DNA from: an uncultured Thermococci archaeon
Lineage (GTDB): Archaea > CAYQAE01 > CAYVLA01
Direction of reading: 5' to 3'
Assembly (NCBI GenBank): GCA_964549615.1
Contig: CAZJVP010000081.1
Coordinates: forward strand, 1 to 64,000
Length of the DNA: 64,000 nt
Shown here: in pieces, positions 49,178-58,219 of the stretch
Numbering within the stretch: the stretch's first letter is position 1
How the letters are laid out: every line of letters begins with the position of its first letter
Notes under the pieces: model-generated
Database searches by the model: none
Told to the model about the DNA's origin: nothing
What the model saw: the letters and a program-made list of their open reading frames with translations, nothing else
Made by a program: the position numbers and the translations under genes

Positions 49178-52100
49178 TTGAGGACGGAATGGATCCTTGC
49201 GCTGGCGTTCGGTCTCTTCGCGTCAACGGTGATGGCGGGAACGGACAGGCAGCTCATGGCTTTCGAGGACAGCTCCTATAGCTTGGAGAACCGCTTCTTC
49301 AGGACCGGCTCGACCATATACTTCCAGGCGCTCGGGACCGCCCAAGCGTCAAGCCCCGTTCTTTACGTCAGATTGATGGGCGTCGAGATCCAGGTAGCCC
49401 TGACGGAGGTCGCACCCAGGTCAGGCATTTATCGGGGCGTCTTCCGGACCGGTAGCGTCACCGACGATTCCCGGGACATGATAGCGACCTACAACGGCGC
49501 TGTGCTCCAACTTCGGTCGGATATCGATCGGGACGGGATCACGGGAACCACGGACGTCCTCAACATCACCATCGACGACCAACCCCCCATTCCCCCGAGG
49601 TGGTGCGACGCCAACGCAACGCCCTATGGATCAGTCAGAGTGAACTGGACCGAGTACGGTGAAGCCGACTTCAGACGCTACACCGTTGTTCGCGCCCTGC
49701 GGCAGGATTTTGCCGATGCGGTCGACGTCGCGAACATAACGAACCCCAAGATCTTGCAGTGGACGGATCCTGAGTACAACCTGATCAGCGGTACCTCCTA
49801 TTGGTACGGCGTCTACGTCGTTGACCTCGCGGGCAACCCTTCCGTGATCAGGGCGGCCGAGAGGCCCGTCGTGCCCTTCAACGACACCAAGCCCCCGGGG
49901 AAGGTCACCGGGCTGAAGGCCACGGCGCCCGAAGGCGGCAACTCGATTAACCTGACATGGAAGGCAAGCCCTGAGAAGGACGTCGTGGGCTATAGCATCT
50001 ACCATTCCGTCGTCCCGCCGGTGGAGATCGCGAACAGAAACCTGATAGGCTTCGTCACCACCACCAGCTTCCTGCACGAGGGCATCTCGGCCAACTATCT
50101 TCACTTCTACGTCGTCGTCGCGTTCGACGAGGAGGAGAACCCGAGCCCTGCCTCAGCGCCCGTGAATGCAACGCCCGACGATACCCTCCCGCCGGGACCG
50201 CCGACCAACCTCGCCATCTCTACGGACGCGACCGGCTATCTGAATCTGACATGGTCTGCCCCGGTGGGCGAGGAGGTCTACAGATACCGGATCTATCGAT
50301 CCGAGGAGAGCGGCGCCCAGCAGTTCTGGAACCCCCTCGCCTCCACGAGCCAGACCAGTTACCTCGATCAGGCCGTCGTTCACGGGAAGACCTACTACTA
50401 CGTCGTCCGGGCATGCGACAGAGCGGGAAACGAGGAGAAGAACACCATACAGGTCGCCGCAACCTCCGTGGACACAACCCCGCCGAGACCCCCCAGGGGG
50501 CTTAGGGCCGAGGAGACGAACATAGGGGGTAGAATAAAGCTCGTGTGGCTTGCTCCCGGCGGCGAGGTCCCGGCGGAATACTGGATCTTCAGATCAACCA
50601 CCCCTGGCGGCCAGAACTTCTCCAACCCCTTGGCCGTCGTTTCAAAGACGCAGTTCACCGATCGGACCGTCCAAGACGGGGTCATCTACTACTACGTCGT
50701 GAGGGCCGTCGACATCGCCGGCAACGTCGAGACGAACACCAACGAGATAGCCGTTATGTCCCGGGACCTCACCCCACCGCCGCCCGTCCTTGACGTGATC
50801 GCACTCCCGCAGCAAGGCGGCGTGATAGGCGTAGGCTGGATGCCGCCCGGGTCCAATGTCGAGGATCCTGACCTTGCCAAGCAGATACGCGACGACGTCC
50901 ACCACTACAACGTCTACTGGAACACCTACCAAGGATTCAAGCCGGATCCCTCCAAGATGTTTTCGACAACCGAGACCAGCATACGCCACACCAACCTGAT
51001 CGATGGTCAGACCTACTACTACATAGTTCGCAGCGTGGACGCGGCGGGCAATGAGAACAAGGACGATGACAAGACCTCGGCGAGCGCGGTGGCTGATACC
51101 TCGCCGCCGGGCGCACCGACGAACCTCAAGACTTTTCGCCTCGAGGACGGCCGAATCAAGCTCGACTGGGACGCCCCCTCGGGCGAGCAACCCTACAGGT
51201 ACAACATCTACAGGTCGACGGCGCCGGGGACGCAGAGCTACAGATTCCCGTTCGCCATGGCGTTCGCGGAGACCGAGTGGATAGACGACAACGTGACGAA
51301 CGGACAACGCTATTACTACGTCGTCCGCTCGGCCGACTTCCTCCTCAACGAGGACGCGAACACGAATGAGGTCTGGAATTTCTCCGAGGACCTCATGCCG
51401 CCGCCGGCGCCCAGAGGACTGAAGGTCACTCAGCTGGCGAAGGGCGACCTAATGTTGAACTGGACCGAGCCGGAGTACCAGGTAGCCTCCCCAAGGGGGA
51501 CCGTTAGGGACGCTGACAGGGTCGCCTTCTACAGGGTCTACGTCTCGGAATTGCCCGGGCAACAGGACTTCAGCAGGCCCGTTGCAGAGACCAAAGAGAC
51601 CTACTTCATCGACAGGGGATTGAGGGATATGGTCAACTACTATTACGTCGTCAGGTCGGTTGACTCCGCCGGCAACGAGGATGAGAATCGGAACGAGGTG
51701 CGGGGGACCGCCGATGCCAGCCCGCCAAGCCCACCGGTGGATGCGTTCGCGCAGAGAAGCCCGAGGGGCGAGGTCGTGCTCTCGTGGTCGGACCCGGACG
51801 GGGAACCAGTCTTCGAGTACAGGATATACAAGTTTACTGGAAACGAGACGCAGACCTTCACATCCCCTCTGGCGGTGACAAGGAAGAACCTCTTCGTTGA
51901 CAACGACGTTTCACAGGCCGTTCAGTACCGATACGTTATCAGGTCCGTAGACAAGGCCGGGAACGAAGGCCGCAACACCAACGAGATATTGGCGCCCGTG
52001 CTGCTGGGCCCGCCGCTGAAGGTTGAGGCTCGAGCTTCCAAGGGCGGCGCGATCGACCTCACCTGGGAACCGCCGGCCGGAGCAAAGGACTCGGTCAGGG

Positions 52101-54160
52101 AATACAACATCTACAGGAGCGTTGTCCCCGGCGTGGAGCAGATCGGCGACCCGTGGGCCACCACCGTTCTGACGATGTACAAGGACACAAGCAGGGTGGT
52201 CGGCGGGACCATCCACTATATGGTCGATGGCACGCGCTACTACTACACGATCAGGGCGGTGGATATGTACGGCAACGAGGGCATGAGATCCGCAGAGGTC
52301 AGCGCGGTCTCCGACAGCCAACCGCCGGGCAAACCTCGCGACCTAACGGCGAGGGCCGAGCCGAACGGCGAGATCACGCTCATGTGGCTCGCTCCCGTCG
52401 GGGAAAGGGCGGCAAGCTACAGGATCTACCGATCCACAAAGTCCGGAACCTTCAACTTCTTGGTACCCCTCGACGAGACAACGAGGATCATCTACTATGA
52501 CAAGAGCGTCAAGAGCATGACGACCTATTACTACGTGGTCAGGGCGGTCGATGAAGCGGGCAACGAGGAACAGAACACCGATGAGGTGTCCGTCATGGCC
52601 TTCGATGCTCCGCCGCAAGCGCCCAGAAACCTCAGGGCCCAGGTGAGGCCCAACGGCTCAATAACCCTCATCTGGGACCAGCCGCTTGGCGAGATGGTTG
52701 CCCACTACAACATCTACCGTTCCCTTGAGTCCGGAAAGTACAACTACGCGGAACCATATGCAAGGACGACCCTGACGACTTTCACCGATGGCTTCGTGGA
52801 GCACGGCATCACCTACTACTACGTCGTCCGGGCAGTGGACAGCACCGGAAACGAGGAAGACAACAAGAACGAGATCTCAAGAATGTCCCAGGATACGGAG
52901 CCCCCGGCGCCTCCCGCCGGACTTGAAGCCATCCCTGCCGGGACAGGAAGCATTTTGTTGCAATGGCGGGACCCCGAGGGGGAGAGACCAGCAGGCTACA
53001 TCGTGTATCGGTCGCAATCTCCCTTCTTCAAGCCGGGAATCCAGAACCTCTTGGCCCGGACGCAAGGGAACTCCTACCTCGACGCTGGGCTGGGGGATGC
53101 CCAGACCTACTACTACGTGGTCCACTCCGTAGATTCGATAGGCAATGAGGATGAGAACGAGAACCGGGTGCAGGCAACGACCCCGCCGCCACCGCCTTCC
53201 AACCTTTCGGCATCGAACAACGAGAGAGGCGAGATCGTCCTCGTCTGGAAGATCCCCAGTACCCCCGCCGCGAAGTTCAGGATCTACAGATCCACGAGAA
53301 GCAGGAACTACGACCTCTCGAGCCCCTTGGCCGAAGTCCCCTATCCCACGAGCACCTACATCGATTCTGGACTTAACCAGAGCCAGACCTACTACTACGT
53401 CGTAAGGTCCGTGGATGCCCGCGGCGCCGAGGAGTCCAACCTGAACGAGGTGCACGCCGTCTCGATTGAGACGATCCCGCCGGCTTCTCCAACCGCCCTT
53501 CGGGCGACCCAGGAAATCAGCGGAGCGATCGGCCTGTCGTGGAACCACCCTGATCCGCGGGACGTATCGCTGTACAATATCTATCGCTGCGATGGGGCGC
53601 CCAACATCGCCAAGGCCACCCTGCTGGCATCGACGAACCAGACATCGTTTGTGGACGTCAACGTCACGAGCGGCAAGACATATTCCTATCTGGTGAGGGC
53701 GGTCGACATCCACGGCAATCAGGAGGGAAACGTCAACTGGACATCCATCATGTCGCTTGACACGCTTCCGCCGGCGCCCCCAAGCAACCTCACGGCGCGG
53801 GCTCGGTCTGGAGGATCGATCGAGCTGAGCTGGCAGCCGTCGGGCGAGAGAGGCGTCACCTACAGCATCTACAGGGCCATGTCTAAGGATCCAGCCAATG
53901 CCTCCCTCATAGCGTCCACCAACCTCACGACGTATGTGGATAGCAAGTTGATCAACGGCAGGGAGTACTTCTACCTGGTGCGAGCAAGGGATTCTGCAGG
54001 CAACGAGGAACGCAATGAGGTGATGGTGAGCGCGGTCGCCAGCAAGGCCGGGCCCAGGGTTCTGCTAGCATTGCTGCTGATCGCCGTCTTTGTCTCGGGA
54101 GCCTATGCTGTGGACAGACGCATACGGACCTCGCAGACGCGCACGAGCGCTCGTGGGTGA
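49178..54160 (+). CDS. Giant membrane-anchored fibronectin type III repeat surface protein
   Basis: Signal peptide WILALAFGLFASTVMA; ~130-aa N-terminal domain; 15 FN3 repeats; C-terminal TM VLLALLLIAVFVSGAYAV followed by RR. The GAGGTG RBS overlaps the upstream stop codon. Confidence 0.9.
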   Translation: MRTEWILALAFGLFASTVMAGTDRQLMAFEDSSYSLENRFFRTGSTIYFQALGTAQASSPVLYVRLMGVEIQVALTEVAPRSGIYRGVFRTGSVTDDSRDMIATYNGAVLQLRSDIDRDGITGTTDVLNITIDDQPPIPPRWCDANATPYGSVRVNWTEYGEADFRRYTVVRALRQDFADAVDVANITNPKILQWTDPEYNLISGTSYWYGVYVVDLAGNPSVIRAAERPVVPFNDTKPPGKVTGLKATAPEGGNSINLTWKASPEKDVVGYSIYHSVVPPVEIANRNLIGFVTTTSFLHEGISANYLHFYVVVAFDEEENPSPASAPVNATPDDTLPPGPPTNLAISTDATGYLNLTWSAPVGEEVYRYRIYRSEESGAQQFWNPLASTSQTSYLDQAVVHGKTYYYVVRACDRAGNEEKNTIQVAATSVDTTPPRPPRGLRAEETNIGGRIKLVWLAPGGEVPAEYWIFRSTTPGGQNFSNPLAVVSKTQFTDRTVQDGVIYYYVVRAVDIAGNVETNTNEIAVMSRDLTPPPPVLDVIALPQQGGVIGVGWMPPGSNVEDPDLAKQIRDDVHHYNVYWNTYQGFKPDPSKMFSTTETSIRHTNLIDGQTYYYIVRSVDAAGNENKDDDKTSASAVADTSPPGAPTNLKTFRLEDGRIKLDWDAPSGEQPYRYNIYRSTAPGTQSYRFPFAMAFAETEWIDDNVTNGQRYYYVVRSADFLLNEDANTNEVWNFSEDLMPPPAPRGLKVTQLAKGDLMLNWTEPEYQVASPRGTVRDADRVAFYRVYVSELPGQQDFSRPVAETKETYFIDRGLRDMVNYYYVVRSVDSAGNEDENRNEVRGTADASPPSPPVDAFAQRSPRGEVVLSWSDPDGEPVFEYRIYKFTGNETQTFTSPLAVTRKNLFVDNDVSQAVQYRYVIRSVDKAGNEGRNTNEILAPVLLGPPLKVEARASKGGAIDLTWEPPAGAKDSVREYNIYRSVVPGVEQIGDPWATTVLTMYKDTSRVVGGTIHYMVDGTRYYYTIRAVDMYGNEGMRSAEVSAVSDSQPPGKPRDLTARAEPNGEITLMWLAPVGERAASYRIYRSTKSGTFNFLVPLDETTRIIYYDKSVKSMTTYYYVVRAVDEAGNEEQNTDEVSVMAFDAPPQAPRNLRAQVRPNGSITLIWDQPLGEMVAHYNIYRSLESGKYNYAEPYARTTLTTFTDGFVEHGITYYYVVRAVDSTGNEEDNKNEISRMSQDTEPPAPPAGLEAIPAGTGSILLQWRDPEGERPAGYIVYRSQSPFFKPGIQNLLARTQGNSYLDAGLGDAQTYYYVVHSVDSIGNEDENENRVQATTPPPPPSNLSASNNERGEIVLVWKIPSTPAAKFRIYRSTRSRNYDLSSPLAEVPYPTSTYIDSGLNQSQTYYYVVRSVDARGAEESNLNEVHAVSIETIPPASPTALRATQEISGAIGLSWNHPDPRDVSLYNIYRCDGAPNIAKATLLASTNQTSFVDVNVTSGKTYSYLVRAVDIHGNQEGNVNWTSIMSLDTLPPAPPSNLTARARSGGSIELSWQPSGERGVTYSIYRAMSKDPANASLIASTNLTTYVDSKLINGREYFYLVRARDSAGNEERNEVMVSAVASKAGPRVLLALLLIAVFVSGAYAVDRRIRTSQTRTSARG
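49574..54045 (+). repeat. 15 tandem protein-level FN3 repeats (~95-110 aa each)
   Basis: Counted 15 copies of PP..P..L.......i.L.W...Y.IYRS...D....YYYVVRAVD..GNE. Confidence 0.85.
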
Positions 54161-54167
54161 GACGCGA

Positions 54168-55538
54168 ATGGAGGAAGCGCTCGAAGAATCGATGAAGTCC
54201 TTCATGAGGAAGAGGGTCTTCGCGCTCCTGCTCACCAACTTCCTTGGGAACCTGGAGCTAAAGAGGATAGAAGTCCAGATCGGCCGTGAGACCAAACTCG
54301 ACCTATCGCGGAAGAAGTTCGAGGACGCCTTCAAGCTGAACTCGCTGGAATCGATCTCCCACATCCTGCTCAACGAGATAATGCCCATGATAGAGAAGAA
54401 GCCCAGCTTCTTCTCGACCAGGCAGAGGAGCATCTGCGAGAAGGAGATAAGGGGCGTGATCGACTGGCCCCGAACCTTCAAGCGCAACCTCTGCCAGGGA
54501 CAGCTGATCGGCAAGGAGTTCGTCGTGGTGAACCCTCGACAGGAGTGGGACACCCCCGAGAACCTGCTCTCCATGCTTTGCCTCCTTGACATAGTGAAGA
54601 ACACGTCGTACTTCAAGAGAACGTTCAGGGAATCGGTGGAGAGCTCAAAGTGGTCCGAGAGGATCGTGGAGTCGCGGGTCCTCGACGCGATTGCCCAAGA
54701 AGGGCTGAGAAGAACCAAGATGCCCTACTTCAGGGACATGGAGGAAGAAGTCGAGGAACTCTTGGACGACTCGTCAAAGATCGAGGAGCTGGAACGGGAG
54801 TTCGAAAGGCGGGTTCAGCTCAATCTTATTCGGAACCCCGGATACGAGCGAGTCTATCAGTGGCGAAGGGAGTTCTTGGGGCAGGCCGACGTGCAGAGGG
54901 AGTCGACCAGGATCCTCAGGGACATACCGGGCGAGGGCATCGAGTACATGTCCAAGCTCTACGAGATCTGGACGCTCTTCGAGGTCGCCGACGTCATGGA
55001 GGAGCAGGTCCAGCTTTTCAAGTACTACTCCGAGGTCGGCGAGGGCCCCCTCTTCACCGGGACCCTGCCCAACCCCAGCCGCGAGGGAATCTCATCCGAG
55101 AACATCGAGATCGAGCTCTACTACCTTCCGGCACAACGCGTGGCGGAGGGCGTATGGCGGAGGAGCGCTCAAGCAAAAAGCTTTCTCCGAGCCTTCTACC
55201 CAGACGGGACGAAGGAGGACAGAGCCATCTACCTGCGAGGCTCCTGCCCCATGGAGTTCTCACCCGGCCAGAAGAGGAGGGTCGAGGTGTCGGTTGGGAT
55301 CTTCCCAAGGTTCAGGGAAATCCAGACCCAGATCGAGCCCGAGGTTGACCTGATCGCTCTCCCGCTTCACCCGTCCGACGACAGGGAAGCTCTGAACCGC
55401 AAGCTCCTGTACAATCTCACCAAGTACATCCGCGGCATTCCGTTCTCGTCCGAATCCAAAGGAATCGTGCTTCATCCCGCGACCTGGTCACCCCTGACAG
55501 GCAGCCCCGGCCAAGCCCTGGGCAGCGTTGAGGCCTGA
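54168..55538 (+). CDS. McrC/DUF2357-like protein, nuclease motif not recognisable
   Basis: IRGVIDWPRT, WDTPENLL, NPGY..VY and KLYEIWTL are hallmark McrC/DUF2357 segments; no PD...(D/E)xK motif is seen downstream; starts 7 nt after the FN3 gene. Confidence 0.72.
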   Translation: MEEALEESMKSFMRKRVFALLLTNFLGNLELKRIEVQIGRETKLDLSRKKFEDAFKLNSLESISHILLNEIMPMIEKKPSFFSTRQRSICEKEIRGVIDWPRTFKRNLCQGQLIGKEFVVVNPRQEWDTPENLLSMLCLLDIVKNTSYFKRTFRESVESSKWSERIVESRVLDAIAQEGLRRTKMPYFRDMEEEVEELLDDSSKIEELEREFERRVQLNLIRNPGYERVYQWRREFLGQADVQRESTRILRDIPGEGIEYMSKLYEIWTLFEVADVMEEQVQLFKYYSEVGEGPLFTGTLPNPSREGISSENIEIELYYLPAQRVAEGVWRRSAQAKSFLRAFYPDGTKEDRAIYLRGSCPMEFSPGQKRRVEVSVGIFPRFREIQTQIEPEVDLIALPLHPSDDREALNRKLLYNLTKYIRGIPFSSESKGIVLHPATWSPLTGSPGQALGSVEA

Positions 55539-55575
55539 GCGGGGAGCCGAGACGAAAGGCGTGCGGGGTGATGAG

Positions 55576-55695
55576 CGCCGGGGAAGGGAGTTGAACCCTT
55601 GAGCCCCACGAGGGGGCACCAGCTTCCGGTGGCAACTCCGCTCCAGGCTGGCGCATCTGGACGGCCTCAGCCCTAGTCCACTCTGCCACCCCGGC
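55576..55695 (-). tRNA. tRNA-Ser(GGA) with two introns (D-loop 55657-55673; anticodon loop ~55625-55640)
   Basis: Acceptor GCCGGGG/CCCCGGC with G73, T-arm AAGGG-TTCAACT-CCCTT, long variable arm, anticodon stem CCAGC/GCTGG with CT-GGA. Removing 17 + 16 nt gives an 87-nt Ser-type tRNA. Confidence 0.88.
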
Positions 55696-56320
55696 GCCGG
55701 CTGAGAAGAACCCTGTAGCCTGACCTCCTCCCTGTCTCCTCCAGATTCCCGAAGGTCTCCTGCATCAGGGATGAGAGGGGCCTGGCACCCATCCTTGTCC
55801 TTGCGACGATCTGCAGGCTCCCCCCTTCTCTTAAATATTTGCGGGCCAGGCGCACGATATTCGCCAAGAGGCTTCTTCCAGCCCTTATCGGAGGATTGCA
55901 CAACACCACATCGAATTTGGCAGCGAAGGGTGAGTACAAGTCCCCGACCACGACGAGCCATGGCCCGGCCGCATGCTTCCGGAGGTTGGCCGCGGCCAAC
56001 CAGGCCGCTCGCTCATTGATCTCAACGCCAATCACGCTAGCTCCCATCTGCGATGCGCAGACCGCCAGCGCTCCGTATCCGCATCCAAGGTCCAGGACAA
56101 GGCTGCCGACGGGCACTTGCATCTTATCGATCAAAAGAAGGGTTCCTTTGTCGACGGCCCGATAGGAGAATACGCCGGGAGATGTCAGGAGGTCGAACTT
56201 GCGACCCCGGAAGTAGAGGGTGACCGTTCCAGGCTTGTACCGTCCGCGCGGCTTTCGGGAGAAGTAGTGCTCAAACGGAGACGCCATCGGCATCCTCTTG
56301 AAGGTCCATTCCCAAGACAA
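55673..56320 (-). CDS. RsmC/MTS-family class I SAM-dependent methyltransferase
   Basis: EHYFS, GVFSYRAVDKGTLLL, VLDLGCGYG, EINERA, NPPIRAG, GYRVL. The start may be 56293. Confidence 0.9.
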   Translation of the reverse strand: MSWEWTFKRMPMASPFEHYFSRKPRGRYKPGTVTLYFRGRKFDLLTSPGVFSYRAVDKGTLLLIDKMQVPVGSLVLDLGCGYGALAVCASQMGASVIGVEINERAAWLAAANLRKHAAGPWLVVVGDLYSPFAAKFDVVLCNPPIRAGRSLLANIVRLARKYLREGGSLQIVARTRMGARPLSSLMQETFGNLEETGRRSGYRVLLSRRRGGRVD

Positions 56321-56413
56321 AAAGGAGCAGGCCGATATTAAAAGCCATCATGGGAAAAAGGCCGAATTCAATCTCAATAGCCGGGCTATCTGGACCAAAT
56401 TTGGCAGAAATGC

Positions 56414-57376
56414 CTACCTCCAGTACCTAGGGTAGACGCCTCTCGGCATCACTACCCTGGCAAGATCGACCGCCATTCCCGAGTCCCGCTCGAATATCTC
56501 CTTTGCCGACAAGCGGCTTTGCCCCACGCCGATAAGTTCCCCCTTCAACGTCAGCACCGCAACGGTGCCCATGGCTGTAACGGTGCTCTCGCACTTGACG
56601 ATCCCAGGCAGGGCAAGGCCTGCCCCGTTGCAAAGCGCTTCCACGGCCGTGTCTCGGACCCAGATCTTGGGCATGTCTTTGATGAACTCCTCGACCGGCA
56701 GCACTAGTCTCCTGAGCTCGGTCTCGTCACCGTGTTCTCTGAGATAGTGCATCGCGTCGACCAGATCTTGGAGCGTGCAGCAGTCGCTCTCCGAGAAACG
56801 GCCCGAGCGAATCCTTCTCAACTCGGACATGTTCGCCCCGACGAGCAGCGCTTCGCCCATATCCCGACACAGCTTCCTGATGTAGGTTCCTGCCTCGCAC
56901 GAGACCTCGAATAGGATGTCGCGCCCCTTGCGCTCGATGAGGTTTAGGGAGTAGATCATCCTTTCCCTGGACTCCCTTTTGACAGCCGCCTTGACGGGCG
57001 GTGTCTGGAGAATCTTGCCGGTGAAGGCCGAGAAGACCTCCCGGACCTTTCCGTCATCGACTTCGCCGTGAAGCGTCATCACACAGACGTAGGCCTTGTC
57101 CGACTTGAGCAGGTACCTTACGAGACGGGTTGACCGCCCCAGAGCTATCGGCAAAACTCCCGACACCTTAGGATCCAGGGTGCCGCCGTGTCCGGCCCTC
57201 TCCACCTTGAGAACGTCCCTGACCCAAGCAACTACTTGGTGGGACGTGGGGCCGCGGGGCTTGTCCAAGTTGACTATGCCAAAGTCCAACAGCTGACTGA
57301 CGGGACGCTTGTAGGGATCCACGCCAAACTGAGGGTCGGTGGTGTCCTTGGATCTCAGGTATATCTCAACATCCAC
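56414..57376 (-). CDS. cbf5: H/ACA pseudouridine synthase Cbf5 (TruB family) with PUA domain
   Basis: NLDKPRGPTSHQV, GHGGTLDPKVSGVL, QTPPVKAAVKR, CEAGTYIRKL, C-terminal PUA domain. Confidence 0.95.
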   Translation of the reverse strand: MDVEIYLRSKDTTDPQFGVDPYKRPVSQLLDFGIVNLDKPRGPTSHQVVAWVRDVLKVERAGHGGTLDPKVSGVLPIALGRSTRLVRYLLKSDKAYVCVMTLHGEVDDGKVREVFSAFTGKILQTPPVKAAVKRESRERMIYSLNLIERKGRDILFEVSCEAGTYIRKLCRDMGEALLVGANMSELRRIRSGRFSESDCCTLQDLVDAMHYLREHGDETELRRLVLPVEEFIKDMPKIWVRDTAVEALCNGAGLALPGIVKCESTVTAMGTVAVLTLKGELIGVGQSRLSAKEIFERDSGMAVDLARVVMPRGVYPRYWR

Positions 57377-57405
57377 CGCCGACCACCAAGAACGCGGGGA
57401 TCTTC

Positions 57406-57663
57406 TCAGGAGATGAATGCTTCGAGGAGGCCCGACTTCTCGAGAACCTTTATGATCTCCTCGTCCTCCGCCCTCCTGCGAATCTCGATCTTCTTGTCCA
57501 ACGGCTCCAGGTGGGCCACGTTGCATCGTCGCCTCTTCACGCCCGATATCTTCTCGGGCCCCGTGACGAGGACGAAGTTCTTGTCGATGTGGTCGACAAC
57601 GATGCACTTCCTTCCGCTCTCATTTCCCTGAATCTTTATGCATACCCTTCCTATTTCGATCAT
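57406..57663 (-). CDS. rpl14e: 50S ribosomal protein L14e
   Basis: IEIGRVCIK..G.E.GRKC.VVD.IDKNFVLVTGP...GVKRRRCN..HLEP. Confidence 0.96.
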   Translation of the reverse strand: MIEIGRVCIKIQGNESGRKCIVVDHIDKNFVLVTGPEKISGVKRRRCNVAHLEPLDKKIEIRRRAEDEEIIKVLEKSGLLEAFIS

Positions 57664-58211
57664 GTCTGTCTCCTCCTTATCCCTCTCGCCCCGAGCACAT
57701 CCAGGGCCTTGCGGACGATTTCGACGATCTCACCCGGCAGATACGTTCCGCTGTTGACCACGATGTCGTAAACCTCCATATCGCGCACGTCGATGTTGTA
57801 TATCTGCTTGTACCTGCGCCTCTCGCTCTCCTCCCTCTCCTTGACGCGCCTAATAGCTTCTTCCGTGGAGAGTCCGTCCCTCTCGGCGATCCTCCTTGCC
57901 CTCTCCTCAAATCGTGCGACGAGGCACACCTTGAGGTCCGGATCCTCGATCATCCATGCGCTCAGCCTCGAATCCACCACCACGTCCTTTCCTCGGGAAA
58001 GCCGCACCTGCATCTCGTCGACCGCGCGGTCTACTCCGTGATCCTCCTCCGCGAGCTTCGAGTATGCCTCAAGATCCATCCCCCTTTCGGCTGCCATTTG
58101 CCTGAAAACTTGGCCAGCGCTTAGGTATTCCAGCCCTAGCTCGCATGCCAGCAACTTGGCAAACGTCGTCTTGCCGCTCCCGGGCAACCCGCCCACCGTG
58201 ATCGTGGCCAA
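57660..58211 (-). CDS. cmk: Cytidylate kinase (archaeal type)
   Basis: GLPGSGKTT, SAGQVFR, DSRLSAW, RE.SE..RY..IY.ID. Confidence 0.93.
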   Translation of the reverse strand: MATITVGGLPGSGKTTFAKLLACELGLEYLSAGQVFRQMAAERGMDLEAYSKLAEEDHGVDRAVDEMQVRLSRGKDVVVDSRLSAWMIEDPDLKVCLVARFEERARRIAERDGLSTEEAIRRVKEREESERRRYKQIYNIDVRDMEVYDIVVNSGTYLPGEIVEIVRKALDVLGARGIRRRQT

Positions 58212-58219
58212 CTAAAGCC

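Noticed and set aside
49574-54045. Regularly spaced DNA similarity (TACTACTACGTCGT...) as a possible CRISPR or DGR repeat
   Set aside because: It is explained by in-frame FN3 protein repeats; spacing is ~300 nt and no cas or reverse transcriptase gene is present.
41434-55576. Idea that the McrB-FN3 region is an island integrated at tRNA-Ser
   Set aside because: No integrase in the window and no duplicated tRNA 3' end found; the best match I saw was only 9 nt (TTGAACCCT, ~43376).
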